NCBI GenBank assembly: GCA_020536535.1
Contig: JAHLWZ010000790.1
Location: 248,001 to 312,000, forward strand
Source: Pelomyxa schiedti
Lineage: Eukaryota > Protista > Evosea
DNA length: 64,000 nt
Reading direction: 5' to 3'
Shown here: positions 12,101 through 26,392 of the stretch, piece after piece
How positions within the stretch are numbered: the stretch's first letter is position 1
Layout of the letters: each line of letters starts with the position of its first letter
The notes under the pieces: model-generated
What the model was told of the DNA's origin: nothing
The model's input: the letters and a program-made list of their open reading frames with translations, nothing else
Databases searched by the model: none
Translations under genes and position numbers: made by a program

Positions 12101-14231
12101 TTTTGGAGGTCCAAGATATTGAACCAAACCTTTAAAGAGGAAAAATTATAAACCAGATGAATGATTCAAAAAAGTTGTACATTTGTTCTGTCCATTTAAT
12201 AAGACTACACATCACCTCGCCCATAGTTTGCTCAGTTGAGAGAGTTATTTTATATTGCCCTGGTTGTGTGGCTACAGTGGAACTGTAGTTTTATTTGTTT
12301 TCATTTTATTTTTGGGGATACAAACTTGATAGACTTTTCAATTGATCCAGATGCATTTTCAAACTTCACCGCAATAAGAGGCTTTCTTTTCAAACATACA
12401 ATTGACTAGGAATGGCATGTTTGTATTGAAAATCCAGAAAGAGAAAGAGAGGGATCTATACAAGTTTAGGAAGATGGTTGCTTGCCAGTGTACTTGACTC
12501 AGATAGTTGTAGCCACCCTTGTGTGGACGACAGGAAAAATAGTGCATAATATTGCAGGTGCTTTTCTGAAATGGGGCAAAATCTCACATCAATAGCTCCC
12601 CACGAGTATTGGTTGATGAGCTAGGATTATGAGTCAGGGGTTGGTTATAGTTTGTTGTGGAAGAGACTCTCATGACTGCCAAAACAGTTGTGGCAGGGTC
12701 AACACGGAGGGTTGTAGTGGCGTGCTGTTCAGGTACAAATACTTTTAGTAGGGATATTTCTTCAGGTGCCTCTTTCTTCGGTCTAATTTCCACCAGGTCC
12801 TTTGTAACAGTTAATAGGTACAGAAGCCTACCAAAAGGCATACTTGAGGTCCAATGAAAAACATCCACATTGGAGCTTCATCTATCAACCAGTATGAATC
12901 AACCAAACTGCACATACAGTCACTCAGTAACCACATCAAGAGTGCCATCCATGTAACAAGGGGAAGGAATTGGCAAAGTACCTCTGACTTGAGTTCGCTC
13001 TTAGAAAGAGACCATAGGAAGTTGACTCGCTTTCGGCCCCTTTTCTCTCAAAATCTTTTAGAGCCTACAGAACTGTTAGTCAGTCCAAAAAGATCTGTAC
13101 ATGCACTTGTTACCTGGCATAACACATCTGACACGGAATGCTTTAAATCAAATTTCATTACCCGTGTCATTGAGTTACGTGCGAAATACATTGTGATAGA
13201 AACTGGTCCAGATGTTTGCACGTTACAACATGCATGTTGTTGCCACAGTTGAGCCGACAACTGAGAAGAAGTCAAATTAAGTTTTGGGGCTATAGTGTTG
13301 CAGGTACCTGCAAATAATAACCATCATAGTCGGGTCTTGGAGGGGTTGCTCCAGAGACATGGTGAGTACGCTGGGGTACTATGGAATCGTGCCCAGGTGA
13401 AGGTGAAGGAGCATTGTGTATTGTGTGGTTTGTGCGTTCTCTGGTCTGCAAAACAGATGAAAATACACTACTAGTTACAAGTGAATGAACTGCAGCTGTT
13501 ATAGTTCCTGATGCTGAATGTAACACATCAACTGTACGAGGCTGTATCAATTGGGCAGCTGTCTGTGATGTATTTGATGATGGCACAGGTGGAGATGTTG
13601 AAGGGGGAGGTGGCATTGAGCTTGAGGGAGGTGTAAGTGCCAGGAAGGGTGGAGGGGAAGGTGAGGTAGGGGGTGTAGGGTCCAAAGGGGGTGATACTGA
13701 ACTTCTATCCCTCCCTGGTGAGGTCGGATAAGAAAGAGATGGAGATGAGGATGGAGGAAGAGAAAATTTATCAGGTGGGGCAGAAGTGTGCCGGAGGTGA
13801 ATCTTAGTGGGAAGTATTGCTGAGGGTAATATTGATGTTATTGGTGGAGTGGGAGATGGCGGTGGTGGCGGTGGAGCACGAGAAGGAGGTGGCGGTGGTT
13901 TGTTGGATGGGGGAACTTTGGGAACGGCCAAAAGTGGGGAGGAGTGGGGTGGTGAGGAGGGTGATACAGTAGCAGCAGTAACAGAAGTAACAGCAGAATG
14001 TTGCTCGAAAGAGGTGTTTCTGCTGCCCATCAAGATTCCAGATCTCGACATCGCCACAACCGGGTTGCCTTGGTCTGGTGTCATAGGTGTCACAATGGGT
14101 GTAGTGCATCTTGGACTCTCAACACTCACAATCGTATTGCAAACGCCATTTACAGGTTGAGATCTGTGAGGTGCCACAGGGGGAGGAGTCGGCGGAGGCG
14201 GTTTTCCGGGGGGCACGTGGCCGGTGCTCAT
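9160..14231 (-). CDS. Myotubularin-family phosphoinositide 3-phosphatase with Pro-rich N-terminus, tandem ubiquitin-like (talin F0/F1-like) domains and a PH/GRAM region
   Basis: Motifs: DARSKSSAMANRARGGGYE, NIHGVRDAY, catalytic [76 protein letters not shown] and TISLWSY. Confidence 0.92.
10050..10050 (-). other. Single-nucleotide microexon (G) between introns 10104-10051 and 10049-10011
   Basis: Minus strand: CAT TGT AGT GAT G|gttagt...cactaacactgtggtag|G|gtatag...ggtatttag|A TGG GAT CGC. This is the only canonical splicing solution I found that restores HCSDGWDRT. Confidence 0.8.
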
Positions 14232-14348
14232 CCAAAGCGTGTAATATAATACGAAAAAGTGATTATTTTTCGCGTTCGAAACGGTGAGTAGGACTACCCC
14301 TGCGCATCTCGATTCGAGAAACGGAGATCCAAAACAAGAAAAAAAAAA

Positions 14349-17300
14349 GATGTTACTTTGGCGCATTGATTCCCCTGCGACACCAGGTGACATTTTTAGG
14401 AGTTGCTCTCGCCAGAAAAATAAAAAAAATTATAAAAGGAGATCTTTTCCCCGCATCGGTGATGTCCGCTGGAGGTACGTTGTGTTCTTGTTATTTTTTT
14501 TTTACTCTTGGTGTGGTGTTACATGTGTGTACTTTGGCCTTTGTTTGTTGTTCACATAGTGTTCGTTCAGCCCCTCGAAGTCGGTCCGGATTTTCTTTTG
14601 CACTTCAACCTCGATGTGCATCTCCTTGTTTATTAAAACCATGCAACGAAGTTCAGGTGGCTGTGTTTTTTTTTTTTTTACCAACTTGAATCAGTCATGT
14701 GGCCTGGAAAAAGACTTTGTTATAACAGTCACACCATGTGACAAGACGAGTTGTCAAGTATCCAGAGAGTCACTATCCCCACAACCAGTGCGTGACACCC
14801 CTGCATCAAATTCATCCAAGGGGCGTGGTCGTGGGCCAAAAAAAAGAAGGCAAGGTGATTACATTGAGGTGGATGAACAACTGTTGGTTCTCTCTCCAAG
14901 AAACAACCCAAACAACTTGATCTTGGAAGACTTGCCTGTACGTTAACTGCTTCCCCAATTTCCCTCATGTACACTGTAACCAGGTCACTATTGCACCTAG
15001 AGCCGTACAAGTAGACCATGCTTCCCTTCCTAAAGTGTCTGTGAGAGTTGTTCCTGATGAACTCCTTGAAGACGGGACCATACTTCCCTCACTCTCCCCT
15101 CCTCCCTGGCTCACTGCAGCTGCCAGTAATCACAAGTCACCCACAACAAATATTTCCTCGCCACATACGGAAGAAGCCTCTGTGTTGTCTGAAACGGACA
15201 CAATTTCAAATTCGGCAACAGCTGACCCAGGAGAAAACAAATTGCCTGTTCTCTCACATGACATGCAACATCTTTTGAAAAAAAAGACAACACGCCCCCC
15301 ATTTGAAGTATGTTTCCCACCACCCAAACAATTAACACCTCTCTCAGTTACCAACGTTTTACTTGAAATTCATACAAGATGATGATGACCTTTATGGAAC
15401 AGGTAGAGAAACATGTTTGTAAACAATACTGAAAGAGATTTATAGTTGACTATGACCTGGATTCTGAGGATGAATGTTTCGTTGAGACCTACAATAAGCA
15501 AGTTCCTTATTCTTTCTTACTACAACCTCTGCCAGCATAAAATAATATATGGCCCAGAGGAAAACTGCGAGACAGTCAGATGAAAGAAGAACAATTCGAG
15601 TTCATCATGGATAGATTTGAGAAGGAGTCGTTCCGTTCCTCCTCTTTTTTCCAACCCGAAAACCCCCAAAGTGCTGACGATGTTTGTTGTATATGTTTCG
15701 ATGGTGTGCCAGTCCTTTCTGCTCGTGTCTCCTAATCGCGATAGGTACTTCTGTCGATGCAAATCAGATCGTGTATTGTGATGGATGTGATATTGCAGCT
15801 CACCAAGGTGAGCACTTATTTAATAAACTTACTCCTTGCTTCACTTAATTATTCAACTGAGTGCTATGGAATCAAGTACATACCTCAAGGGTCCTGGAAG
15901 TGTCGCGCATGCCAAGCAACTGATGGAGGTGATAAGGTAGTGGCCACTCCAGTGACTTCTTCCTCCTAAATTTTCTTAGTCTTGCCATTTTTGCCACAAG
16001 AAAGGCGGAGCACTGTGTAGATCAACCACTGGACAGTGGGTACACATGATTTGCGCCATTTCAGTTAAAGCAACCAAATTAATTTACAGTTTGTCTCCTA
16101 TTTTCTTTTTTTTTTCCCTGTCTTACCCATTATTAGGTCCTGCCCCTCTTTGTGTCTTCCGTCTTGTCGAATCTATTGATATCTCTGCCGTTACTGACAA
16201 ACACATAAGAGTTTGTTGCATTTGAGATCTTTTCTAACCTAACATATGCCCCCAAACAGACGTGTTCTATCTGCCAGAAAGAGGGCATTTGCACAAGTTG
16301 TCTCTCTCTTTCTTGCGTTCCTGTTAACAAAAATTTTCCCCAGCTTGTTCAACTAAAGGTTGCCATACTGCTTTCCACATTCTGTGTGCTAGGGCAGCAC
16401 AGTACAAAATCACTGTTACCTTCCCCCGTGCAAAAGTTAAATGCCCTGTCCATAGCAAGCTCAAACATCCACCGTTGTTGAAGAAGCCACCTTCTCCCTC
16501 CTTGGAAGAAGCTCCACGTAAACTTGCGCTTGACTGTGGTCCACAGATCTCTGGACAGACGTATGCAGAGTACACCTGGGGTAACTTAACTTACAATCTG
16601 AAGAGATTCTGGAGAAGCTTTCCTTGGCGTGCGGTTAAAGAAGATGCAAGTTACCCTGCGCACAGGTTTCTGTTCCATTAAAAGGTGTATTCCTGATCAA
16701 ACATGCAACCTTTAGTTCCATCTCAGTTTGTGGAGACTATATTCAAGCATTGGATACAAAAGCGACAGGCCCGAAAGAATGAACCTCTTTTAAAACGCTT
16801 TGAAGTAATGCCATCTTTTTTCCTTAAGACTAAGATTTGCTTTAAAGCCGTCAATTGTACAAATAGCACATAAGGCTCTCCCAGGAGACTTTCATCCCCC
16901 TGTATGTAGAACTTGTGCCAAACTCCCCCTTTTCTCAATCTAGTAAATTGCAGAACACAGTAGAAAATTTTCACAAAATGTGCAACATAAGGTAATAGCA
17001 TCCATCAACCAATTGATTTTAATCCCATGCAGGCGTGACCTTGAAACGGCTAGGACGCTCCTCTCACTTATTCTGGTAGCGATCCTCACTAAAATAACTG
17101 GCTAATTAAAGCAGGCTCGAGAACGAGAGAAAAGATTGGCAGTTAACACTCTGGTGGGGGTTCTCAATTGTGTCTCCCTCACACCTCTCAGTAAACAACT
17201 GTTGACCCTCCTTGAAACATTGATGAGGTAATTCCACACTCCATTATTAGTTTCTAATTTCCCCATTAGCTTAGACCCAAATCATCTTTTTAGTGTGTCT

Positions 17301-19590
17301 GCCTGCAAAACAATACAGGGCATGAAAATGGATTGGACAACTTTCATGCAGAACATAGAATCAAATCATTATACTAACGGGCAAGATTTTTATGTACCTA
17401 TTGATAAGAGTTTTTCTACTGTTTGAATGCGGATACCAGGAGCATTTTGAGTCTATGTGCAAGCAAGCACTTGCAGCCAGTCACCCGAAATCAATATATC
17501 ACAAACTAGCAAAAAAACTTCTTTCTCGTGGATCTGAACTGATAAAAAAGACACTCGAAATACTATCGGATGAGAGCGCTTTTGTTTCCACAAAAAAACC
17601 CAGTAAGTCTTTGACATTAGAAAGTGGAGTTATAACACAAAACAGAAAAAAAGAAACCTGCGAGTATGCACCCCTTAGATAGGGCGAAGAGATTGAAGGC
17701 AGCAGAACAAAATGGCGTATTTACTAGCATAGTCCGCACTCGAACTGGTTGTACTGGTGACGCCTCACTGTTACGACCTGTTCTTGCCAAATTACTTGCT
17801 AAACTCCGCACGTATGCTTTTGGGTCTGTCTTCTATGTTCATACAGCCTTAGATATGATAGCAACGATTTTCTGTGTAGTACCACGAGGTTTGCTGGAGA
17901 GTCACTGCTACTAAGATAACTTACATAATTCACAGCTCTGACTTGGACAAGATATCACAGAAACTGAATGGCTTGCAATATAGTAGCGTTGATGAATTCA
18001 AGGCAAAAAAAATTTCTGGTTTTCTCATAAATAATTAACTGTCATTTTAGAAGGACTTTTGTGCTATATGTAATAATGCGATGAGATCTTGTAGTGGAGA
18101 TGAAGCCAAGTACGCAGAACTGAAATTACTACTGCAGAAGGGAATAACAGCCATTAACAAAGTCTCGAAGTCAAATGACCAGAAAAACCATAGAGGAGAA
18201 AATGGGGAAAATGGCATTGAAGACACTGGCAGTATCAATCCCAATACAGCCGGAACTGTGGAATACGACACAGACATTGATTATGGACCTGAATTTTCTT
18301 TGGAGAAAGGGGAATGTCAACCGCCTTCATTGGTTGTGAGACTCCCGTTTTCCAAGCCACAAAACCAACCTATCTCCAATCCGGAACATGAGATTACATT
18401 GGGCCTCTCCCAAGAAATTTCGTCTCCAATCACCTGTCTGATAGACTCTTTAAGTAGTGACGCTTCACAAGAGAAAACATCAGTAAAAAATCTGGATTCA
18501 GATGGCATTCTTTCTGCCCCTCTTTCTCCTTCAAATAAGCTAGACAATGTGGCTTCAACTCCAACCTCATTTTCTGTTGTGGCTTCTACTTTTCTACCCA
18601 CACTCTCGAAGTCAAAGTCCCCTACTATGGATTCACCCCCAGTCAAAATATCTGTTAAATCAGCGTTGGTCACCTCTTCACAGAAGTTATCTAAGGCTAC
18701 ATCCGCTCCAAAGAAAGTTGTTGTGGTCAACGTCTTAGGCACTTCAAAGAACGATAAACCAACACAGCGCAACAGCCTGTCGCCTGTTCAGGATCTAGAA
18801 TTAGTCAGCACTCCAGAAAGTCACATGAGTATGCATTGTGGCTAGTACCCTAGATACAGTATTCACTTAATCACATTTAGATAGTGCAACGACAAACTTA
18901 ACTGATAAGTTTCCTGCCTCTAGCAACGAAACTGTCAAGTGTGTGGAGACATCAGTGCCAAACTCAACCGCCAATGAAGAACACACCCTTTCCGCGAATA
19001 ACCCAGAACAACATGGCGGACAGGAAGAAATAGTAAATATCGACAACCAAAACCTGCAACCACCACCGAAGCGACCAAGGATCGCCACCAAAAACGGAGA
19101 GCAGACGGACCAAGCGCTTCCAACACTAAACGACACCCACAATGGTGAAGAGGGAAGCTTTGGGCCTGACCAAAGTGAAAGCACCAACAACCAAGCAGAC
19201 GGTAGCCACTCACCTCCTTTAGCCAACACACCACAACAGCTCCAGGCCCCACCCAGTCCCCACACCATACACCTCAACAAACCGCCCACACCACCTCTAC
19301 AACAACAAGCCGCCCTATCCTCTACCACAACTTCCTCCACCTCCCCTAGCCCCAACACATCGCCCGCAACGGTACCCTCACCAGACGCACTCACCGTCAA
19401 TGATGCAGAGCTCTCACCCCAACCACAACAACACACCAACAGCACAACAACTCCACACAGCAGTGACCCAGCCTCATCCTATGCCCAAGGAACACCAGAC
19501 CCACCCACACATCACGACCCAACTGATGAAACCCAACCCCACCTTCCCATGAAAAGGCCCTCTTGGTCCAGTCGCAGAGTCCGGATATGA
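14349..19590 (+). CDS. BRPF/Jade-like chromatin protein (EPc/EPL1 region, PHD-ZnK-PHD, degenerate bromodomains, long S/T/P tail)
   Basis: Motifs: VDYDLDSEDE, FEFIMDRFEKES, CCICFDG..NQIVYCDGCDIAAHQ|ECYGIKYIPQGSWKCRAC, CHFC..GGAL..WVHMICA, CSIC..C..KGCHTAFHILCA, and bromo-like DLDKISQKLNGLQYSSVDEF. Start codon uncertain. Confidence 0.85.
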
Positions 19591-19683
19591 CCCATGTTGA
19601 TTTACCCTTTGAATATAATCACCACAACAAACAGTCCCATAGAATATTGTCGCTTTTTTTTTTTTTTTGGAGTCAAGGTTTCC

Positions 19684-22600
19684 TCAATGGCTACTTTCAC
19701 AGAGTAAGGACATTTCTCGTAGTTTCTGTTGGTGGTGTTGGCAATTGATTTGTTATGTGAGAATGTACCTCTGGTGGCAGAGAAGTGGCGTTTTTGATGT
19801 AGTCTTGCACTTGCATTTGTGGTTTGAGTTTGTATTTGCACGACTGCAGATAATACAGTTGTTTAAATATTGTGGCTAAAAGCCGCATTTTTCCCCAGTT
19901 GACTTGCTCCTCGGTGGTGTAATCTGAGTTCCCGTCTGCAGTGAGATGAGTCCATAACTCTGAGATGAAGAAAGAATAATGCTAATAATGCTACCTTCGA
20001 TAAACGTTAAATCCTTCAACCACATCGCTGAGGTGAAATGAGAAATAACTACGGCATAACAAGATCAGATTACCCAAGTGAGGTATGGCAGGTAAACCAC
20101 AAGAGGACAAATGTTTTCTGTATGTGTGCATGTTGGCTTGCACAAGCTCCTCAATGGTATTGTCGAAAAACTGCTTCTCGGATCGTGAAATAGCCTGCGA
20201 TGGCCCAATCAACAATAGGTTACAAAACGAAATGAAAAACCTGCCAGGTTTTGGCCAATCTGCTTATAGCAAACGAGCTCAACCCAAGGGATATAGCGTA
20301 CATGCTGCTCCAATTATTTAGCACTCGGCATTGCTGTCTAGTACTCAGTAGGAAAAATTGGACCAAGATATAAACCTGGGCTGTTTGGATGAAACGTCTG
20401 ACAATGCAGACCCTTTGCTTAAAGTTGGGGGTTAACACTATCTCTGACGCTACCCATAAAGAGACCTAGTCCCTACTATTACAGGAAGTGTAGAATACCG
20501 ACCATTACATACAAAATTTACATGATCAATGATGCGGCATACATTCGGAGCCAAACGGCGTTGCTCATTAACAACTTTATGGTTCCACACCTAAGTCAGA
20601 TAAGAGTAGGCAAAAAATGATAATTAGTATCACTTGTCGGGTAAGTTCTGGTGGGGTGACCGCCATGAAAAGCTTTGATTCAATAATCGTAAGTTGTCTT
20701 GCTAGCTCCTTAAAAAAATTTAGGAATTGACAGAAATGGTCACTTACCACAGGGTGGAGATCTGTGAATCTTATGTGCTGCACAGTTTGAGTAAAGGGAG
20801 GATAAGGTAGTGCGTACTTGAGCCTTCGGAGCAATGGGCTTGGGGTAGTCTGACTTGTGGGTCTGGAAAGTGTGTTACTCGGAATTGAGAATCATAAATT
20901 CACCTTGAGGAAGGAATATAGGATAGGTCTGTCAAGAAATTGGTTTGAGGAAGAGGTGTTTGATTGAGGTGACATATTTGGGACTGATGCTTGGCGTGTA
21001 AGACATGGAGGGTTATCGGCGGTGTGGATTTGCTCTTTGGAGAAAAAAACTGAAGGTCTCCGTTGCGGAGATGGTAAGGGGGGAATTTTCTTTGGTGTGG
21101 TAGTTTGAAGCAAAGGCAAGGATGTTGAGGTTGTTGTCTCCGCGTCGAGAAGAAGACCAGAAGCTGGTCCGGATTCTGATTTACGATTTGAAGTCAGCGC
21201 TTTGTCTCTGCACTTGATAATGCGGCGTTCGGCTAAAAGATTGCCAAGTGATACAATATCCTCCCGTGTTAGCCAGGGGAAGTGAGTCAATGTGTATGTA
21301 ATTATCTCATCCGCTGGGGAATATTACTAGTGAACATTTTAGGGATTGACTACCATAAAAAGCTCTTTTAATGGATTTGAGATTTTTCTTTTTTGTGTGA
21401 ATAAGGGGACTAGATCTCCACAAAGAAATAACTGCTTCTTCGAAGTCGCTACTTTCTACAATCTGTAGGTATGGTTTATTTCATTTTGCGATGAAAACAA
21501 AAGAACTCACCTTCCACAAGGGAGAGGAAAGTAACGACTTTTGTTCTTGTATCAACTAATTGGGAATAAGTACAGAATAAATTATCTCAGTAAGAGTATT
21601 ACCGCAGTTCTGGCCAAATTCTTCTTGAAGGAATTAAGACAGTCATTACCCCATTCCTTGTGTTGTGGTTCCAGCTCTCTTGAAATAAATTCCAGCACCC
21701 TTTCTCCAGCACAAATTATACTGTTATAATTTTCAACCCAGTGTTTGATTATATCCAAGGTTCTTGAAGAGGTAAGAGTTCATTGGAGGGCACATACAGA
21801 AATGGACCGTTGTTGCCTGTCGGCAGCTGTGTGGTCACCCAGCGAAAAATACCTGGTGAAGATGTAAACTTTCGTTTAGGAGACCAGTCTTTTACATGTT
21901 GATAAGCATTGATAGTAATTCGGCTGTAGGAATGAAATACTGATGAGTGAGTAGCAAAGTGTCAACAGATTCGCTTTCTATTTCGGTTTGCAGGTGGCAA
22001 TAAAGATGGTGAGGACAAATACCGAACGGTGTCTGTGTTAAATGTTCAATGTATGCAGTTACGGTTGAAGAATGAATTGAACTAGGGTCTTCTCTTAAAG
22101 GGAAAATTAGAGGGACAAATAGACAGTATGATTTACGGTTTCAATTCTGCCACTATCTAAAAGTATCTTCGTAAGAGGAAGCAATATTTTTTAAAAGGGG
22201 AGAGCTTACTGGAAAGAGGGCACTCTCTGGTTTGGGGGTCTTAATTTCGGGGCTTGAGAGAAGGCTTGCATCGTTTTCTGTGCATTTTCAGGTTTCTTTA
22301 ATTTTTTTAAAACATAAATACCCATTAAAAACATAGAATATTCCCAGGAGGGCCAGGATGGTTCACTAAATGCGCGCTCTCTTACACGGGCAAGTGCCTC
22401 TGCTTCAAACTGAGCAGCTTGCATGGCTGCCTGCAATTGAATCCTAACTTCTGGTGGACTGTAAAAAAAATGGTTTTTTAACAAAAAACAAAAAAGGGAG
22501 AAGAAAAGGAATTCGTGCCACACCATAATTGTTGCCGCGAGAGCCCACTTGTTAATTTCGTTGTACTGAGATGCATAAACTGTGCGCCCTCGCTTCGTTG

Positions 22601-22930
22601 CCTCCAAGAAGGCTGCGCAAACGAATTCATCATCACAGGAGAAAAACTTCTGAAACTTCCGGCATGAGAGTGAGGTAGCGGCGACGTCGTGCCTATATTT
22701 GGAGCAGAATAGTGCATCGGAGAAGCGAGGCCGCTTGGAGACAGCGAGCACGGCGGCGTGCCCGTGCTCACGGGCGTGGCCCTTACAAGGTCTCCTTCCC
22801 CGGATCCAGAACCAGTTGGGAGAGACGTGCTCAGAGAAGCAGCCGATTGCGAAGATATCACGATCGGCGGGGAACTTGAGAGCCGCAGAGCAACTGCGGC
22901 TCGGCCTCGCAGCAATTGATGCGGCTGCAT
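19684..22930 (-). CDS. Ras guanine-nucleotide exchange factor (REM - DEP - CDC25)
   Basis: REM: FLLTHQYFIPTAELL. DEP: ADEII..HFPWLTREDIVSLGNLL. CDC25: ELARQLTIIESKLF, RVCIVRRFIQTA, LNNWSSMYAISLGL, PAIPHL..WLKDLTFIE|DGNSD..VNWGKMRLL. Start could alternatively be near 23020. Confidence 0.88.
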
Positions 22931-23549
22931 AATTTGCGTGGAAGAACGTGGGAGTGACGAGAGCGCACCGGGCCGCTCTGCGAAACGAAAAGGAAAACCC
23001 CATTTTGGACTTAGAGCCATTAACGTAGAGAAAGGTTTGCTTACGCATCGAGTCGCGACGGTTTTTTTGTTTTTCGTAAGCTTGATGAGTGTTTGGAATC
23101 TGATAAATCGTAGTTTCAAGGAAGTGATACCAAAAGAAAAAAGAACCAGAGAATGTAAGATACAGTGTACAGTGCTTTGAAATTTCGTGCCTTCTACTTC
23201 GTGTGTGTGACTTGTGCACGCCACAACCAGAAAAAACCGTGTTTATGTTGTAGTTGTGAGTCGCATGTGACTGACCCAGAAATGATAGCTTGAGCCATTT
23301 TGCCGATGGTAATTGGAGAATCTAGTTGGTAGACAAAAGACACAAGAGTATCCCTTATGTCTCAGCAGAGCTAACTTTTTCGTAGAATTTGATGATGAAG
23401 TTATGAACGGGACTTGGTGTTGGGCAAAAAAAAAATTAGCCAGGATACACAATGCTTTTCTATTTTGTGTGCCTTTTGCAAACCAACAAGCACAAAAATG
23501 TATTTATATAATTGTAAGCGTGCTAGTGACCAGACCAGAAAGTATAGCT

Positions 23550-25942
23550 TTACAGAACAGGGAGTGCACTTCGGCATGTTGGGCACTCTAATTTGTACTC
23601 CATCCACTGCATAAGGCATTCAGTGTGGAACATGTGGTTGCATGGGGTGATCATATATGTTCCCCGCTGCATTTCTTGCCTTGCTCTGGTGTTGTGGTTA
23701 CAACATGAAAGATGAACTTTTGTGTGTCACAAGGCAAACAAACCTTTCAGCAAGTGGAGAATTGGCTGGAATAACGGGAGCTCCTCCGGTTTCAATGTCA
23801 GCCGCGTCCGGTTGCAGTTTGCACATGCAGATAACGCAGTCCGATTCCCGCAGCTCCGTTGCAGGAACAGGACGGTGATAGTTATATTTTGGGGGAAGGC
23901 ACTGTGAAAATGAGTGGAGATTATCGAGAAGTTGATATCCTTACTTTGGCAGGGATAAAGAACCTTGGGCCAAGCAAATCCTGTGAGTAGAGAACTATAA
24001 ATTGAAACACCACATATCTGTTCAACAATGGTAAGTGAAGAGCCGAGAAATCCTACGCACCCTACAAAGAGTAAAGCAACATTGTGCTGTGGCTCAAACC
24101 GCATAAAATTGTTGTTGTATCCAGTGAAATCTAGTTGTTGGTAAACAAAAGGAACCAAAGAGGTCTTCTGTGCATACAAACAGGAATAAAGAGACGACAA
24201 ATACTTGTTGCAAGTGTGAATGTGCTGTGAGGAGGTATTCAATAAAAAGCAGAAGTTTTTTTTTTGCATGCGTTAATAGGGACTGTGAGTGGCCATAATA
24301 CGCATTTGAGGCAATCTGTGGGATCCAAAACGAATACAGTGCTGCCACAATGAACATGAAGATACTTTGGAAATAATAAAAAAGCAGTAATCCACCAAAA
24401 AGCATTGCGTCTGCTGGGTTTCAGGTCGCAGTTATATACACTAAACATTACATAGTTTCCAATACATAAGTGAGACTTCTGTTCTCACAGTTTCTGCATT
24501 GCTTTTGAGCAACCCACAACTTAATGATATCCTACCTATTCCTTGTGCAAATAGTGCAGGGTTCCTGGCTTTCCTGACTGCCAATAACAGCCTCATTTCA
24601 AATAAGCTGAACTTCACAAATTGTATGAAAGAAGCTATTGCAAATGGATAGAAAAGAGGTTCTTTTGGAGAGAAGTCAATTGTGGGAGGACTTTGAAATT
24701 AATTAAACTAACTAAATACAAATGAAGCAGCGAGATGTAAGAAGCATAGGTAGGAGTCCAAGAGAGCATTGAGGTTGATAGTCCACTCTGATATTTTTAC
24801 TGCTGTCTGAAAGGAAGTGAGTACATCAGCAGAGAGTGATTTGATACCGCTTGCGTAGAGGCAGCATCCATTTGCTTTGCCAGAAAGTATGTCTCCACAA
24901 ATGAAACGATATACAGTACTATCAAGTAGTTCATCAACGGCCTGAAATACGCTGATTCAAGGAGTTCAGCTGCCTCAGCATCCAGATAGAACTCACAATT
25001 CTGACTGGAAATGGTCAGTAGTTGGTTGAGAGTGCTTTGCGCCACCTTGCAATGTACCCTCTCCAAACAATCAAAGTTGCTGCATCTTTATCATCAACAT
25101 CCCAATCAGGTTCGACTGTACAGTGGTTGATATAGAACGGGGGAGTGTTGTGCACTCACGGTGTGAGAGAAAGTTTTCATTTGGATCATAGAATCGAACA
25201 GAAAATCCCAGTTTAAGAAGGCACTTGGTGTTTGAGGAATTCACAGATGTGGGCAACATGGATTCCAAAAAAAGCTTTAAAATAGACTCGACGTTATTCC
25301 CCCCAATTGAGTCACTACTATACTCCAATGGAATACTGATGTTGGTGAACTCCACACTGGAGAGGAAGGAAAATTAACAATGACAATTACATAACAGTGG
25401 GAGTGTGAACCTATTCTCAGGTATACCAATGAGTAAAAGAGCACCAGGTTTTTGTAGATATATTCCTTGTAGATGATACTTGGTTGTAGTGTCTGACGAG
25501 TATATTCCATCTCTGAATGTGAGCATGGCCTTAAGAAAGGGTTATATCCAACTTCTCCCATTATAGATTTGGTTTTTGCCAGAGAGGGGGAAAAAAAGAG
25601 ACACCTCAACAGATGCAATTCCATCCACCTGGGTGGGTAAAACTACAATTTTATCAACCAAGAAATTCCCAGTAATATGATTGAAGGTTCCTCCTTCTCT
25701 CAAATTCACCCAAGGACCTAGTTGATTTTTTTGTTTCCAATGCAATTGAGCCATGACATCCCACAATTGCAAGGTTTCTCCAAAACAGCAAACAACCAAC
25801 CTTTGAAGAGGTCGGTGAGGTTTGTTGGCCTCTGGTCGCCCCCTGAGATCCCCAGGCCCGTCCGATCTGCTGCCGTGCTCGTCCCCACCAACAACGCAAC
25901 GACAACAACGAATGCACTCCACCCACATCGAGGTCGTGTCAT
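23550..25942 (-). CDS. Multi-pass membrane RING-H2 E3 ubiquitin ligase, Tul1/Dsc1/FLY1 family
   Basis: Signal peptide MTRPRCGWSAFVVVVALLVG, multiple TM segments, SFWIPQI motif, and C-terminal RING CAICM...YMITPCNHMFHTECLMQWMEYKLECPTCRSALP*. Confidence 0.88.
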
Positions 25943-26392
25943 TTCGTGTCGCATTGAGGCTGGTTTGATTGTGATGTGCCAGAAGAGTCATTCACGCTCT
26001 TTCAGAAAGTCCCTCAGAGGGGTTCATTTGTACAAACTGGGCTGTTCATTGGAACAGGTAAGAAATCGGGATTTATCCCAGCTGCTTGTGCCATCTCAGA
26101 GTTTTCTAGATTTGGATCATTTATTGGCCAATTACTTTCCTGTATAACGAGACGGTGCCCGGTTGAGTTGTCAAAAGGCAAATACATACACCCTCGCGAC
26201 ACTGAGAATTCATTAATTGTCAAAAAAAAAAAATACAACTGCAAATCCTACGCACCTCACGAAAACGAATAACTACAAAGAACGCCAACAACGAGGGAGC
26301 GAGTGTTGTTTTTATTACTGGGATTACGCATTACTCAACACCGACTTAACGTGCTCAAATTACAAAGGACACAAACGTGAAACTCAGCCGCC

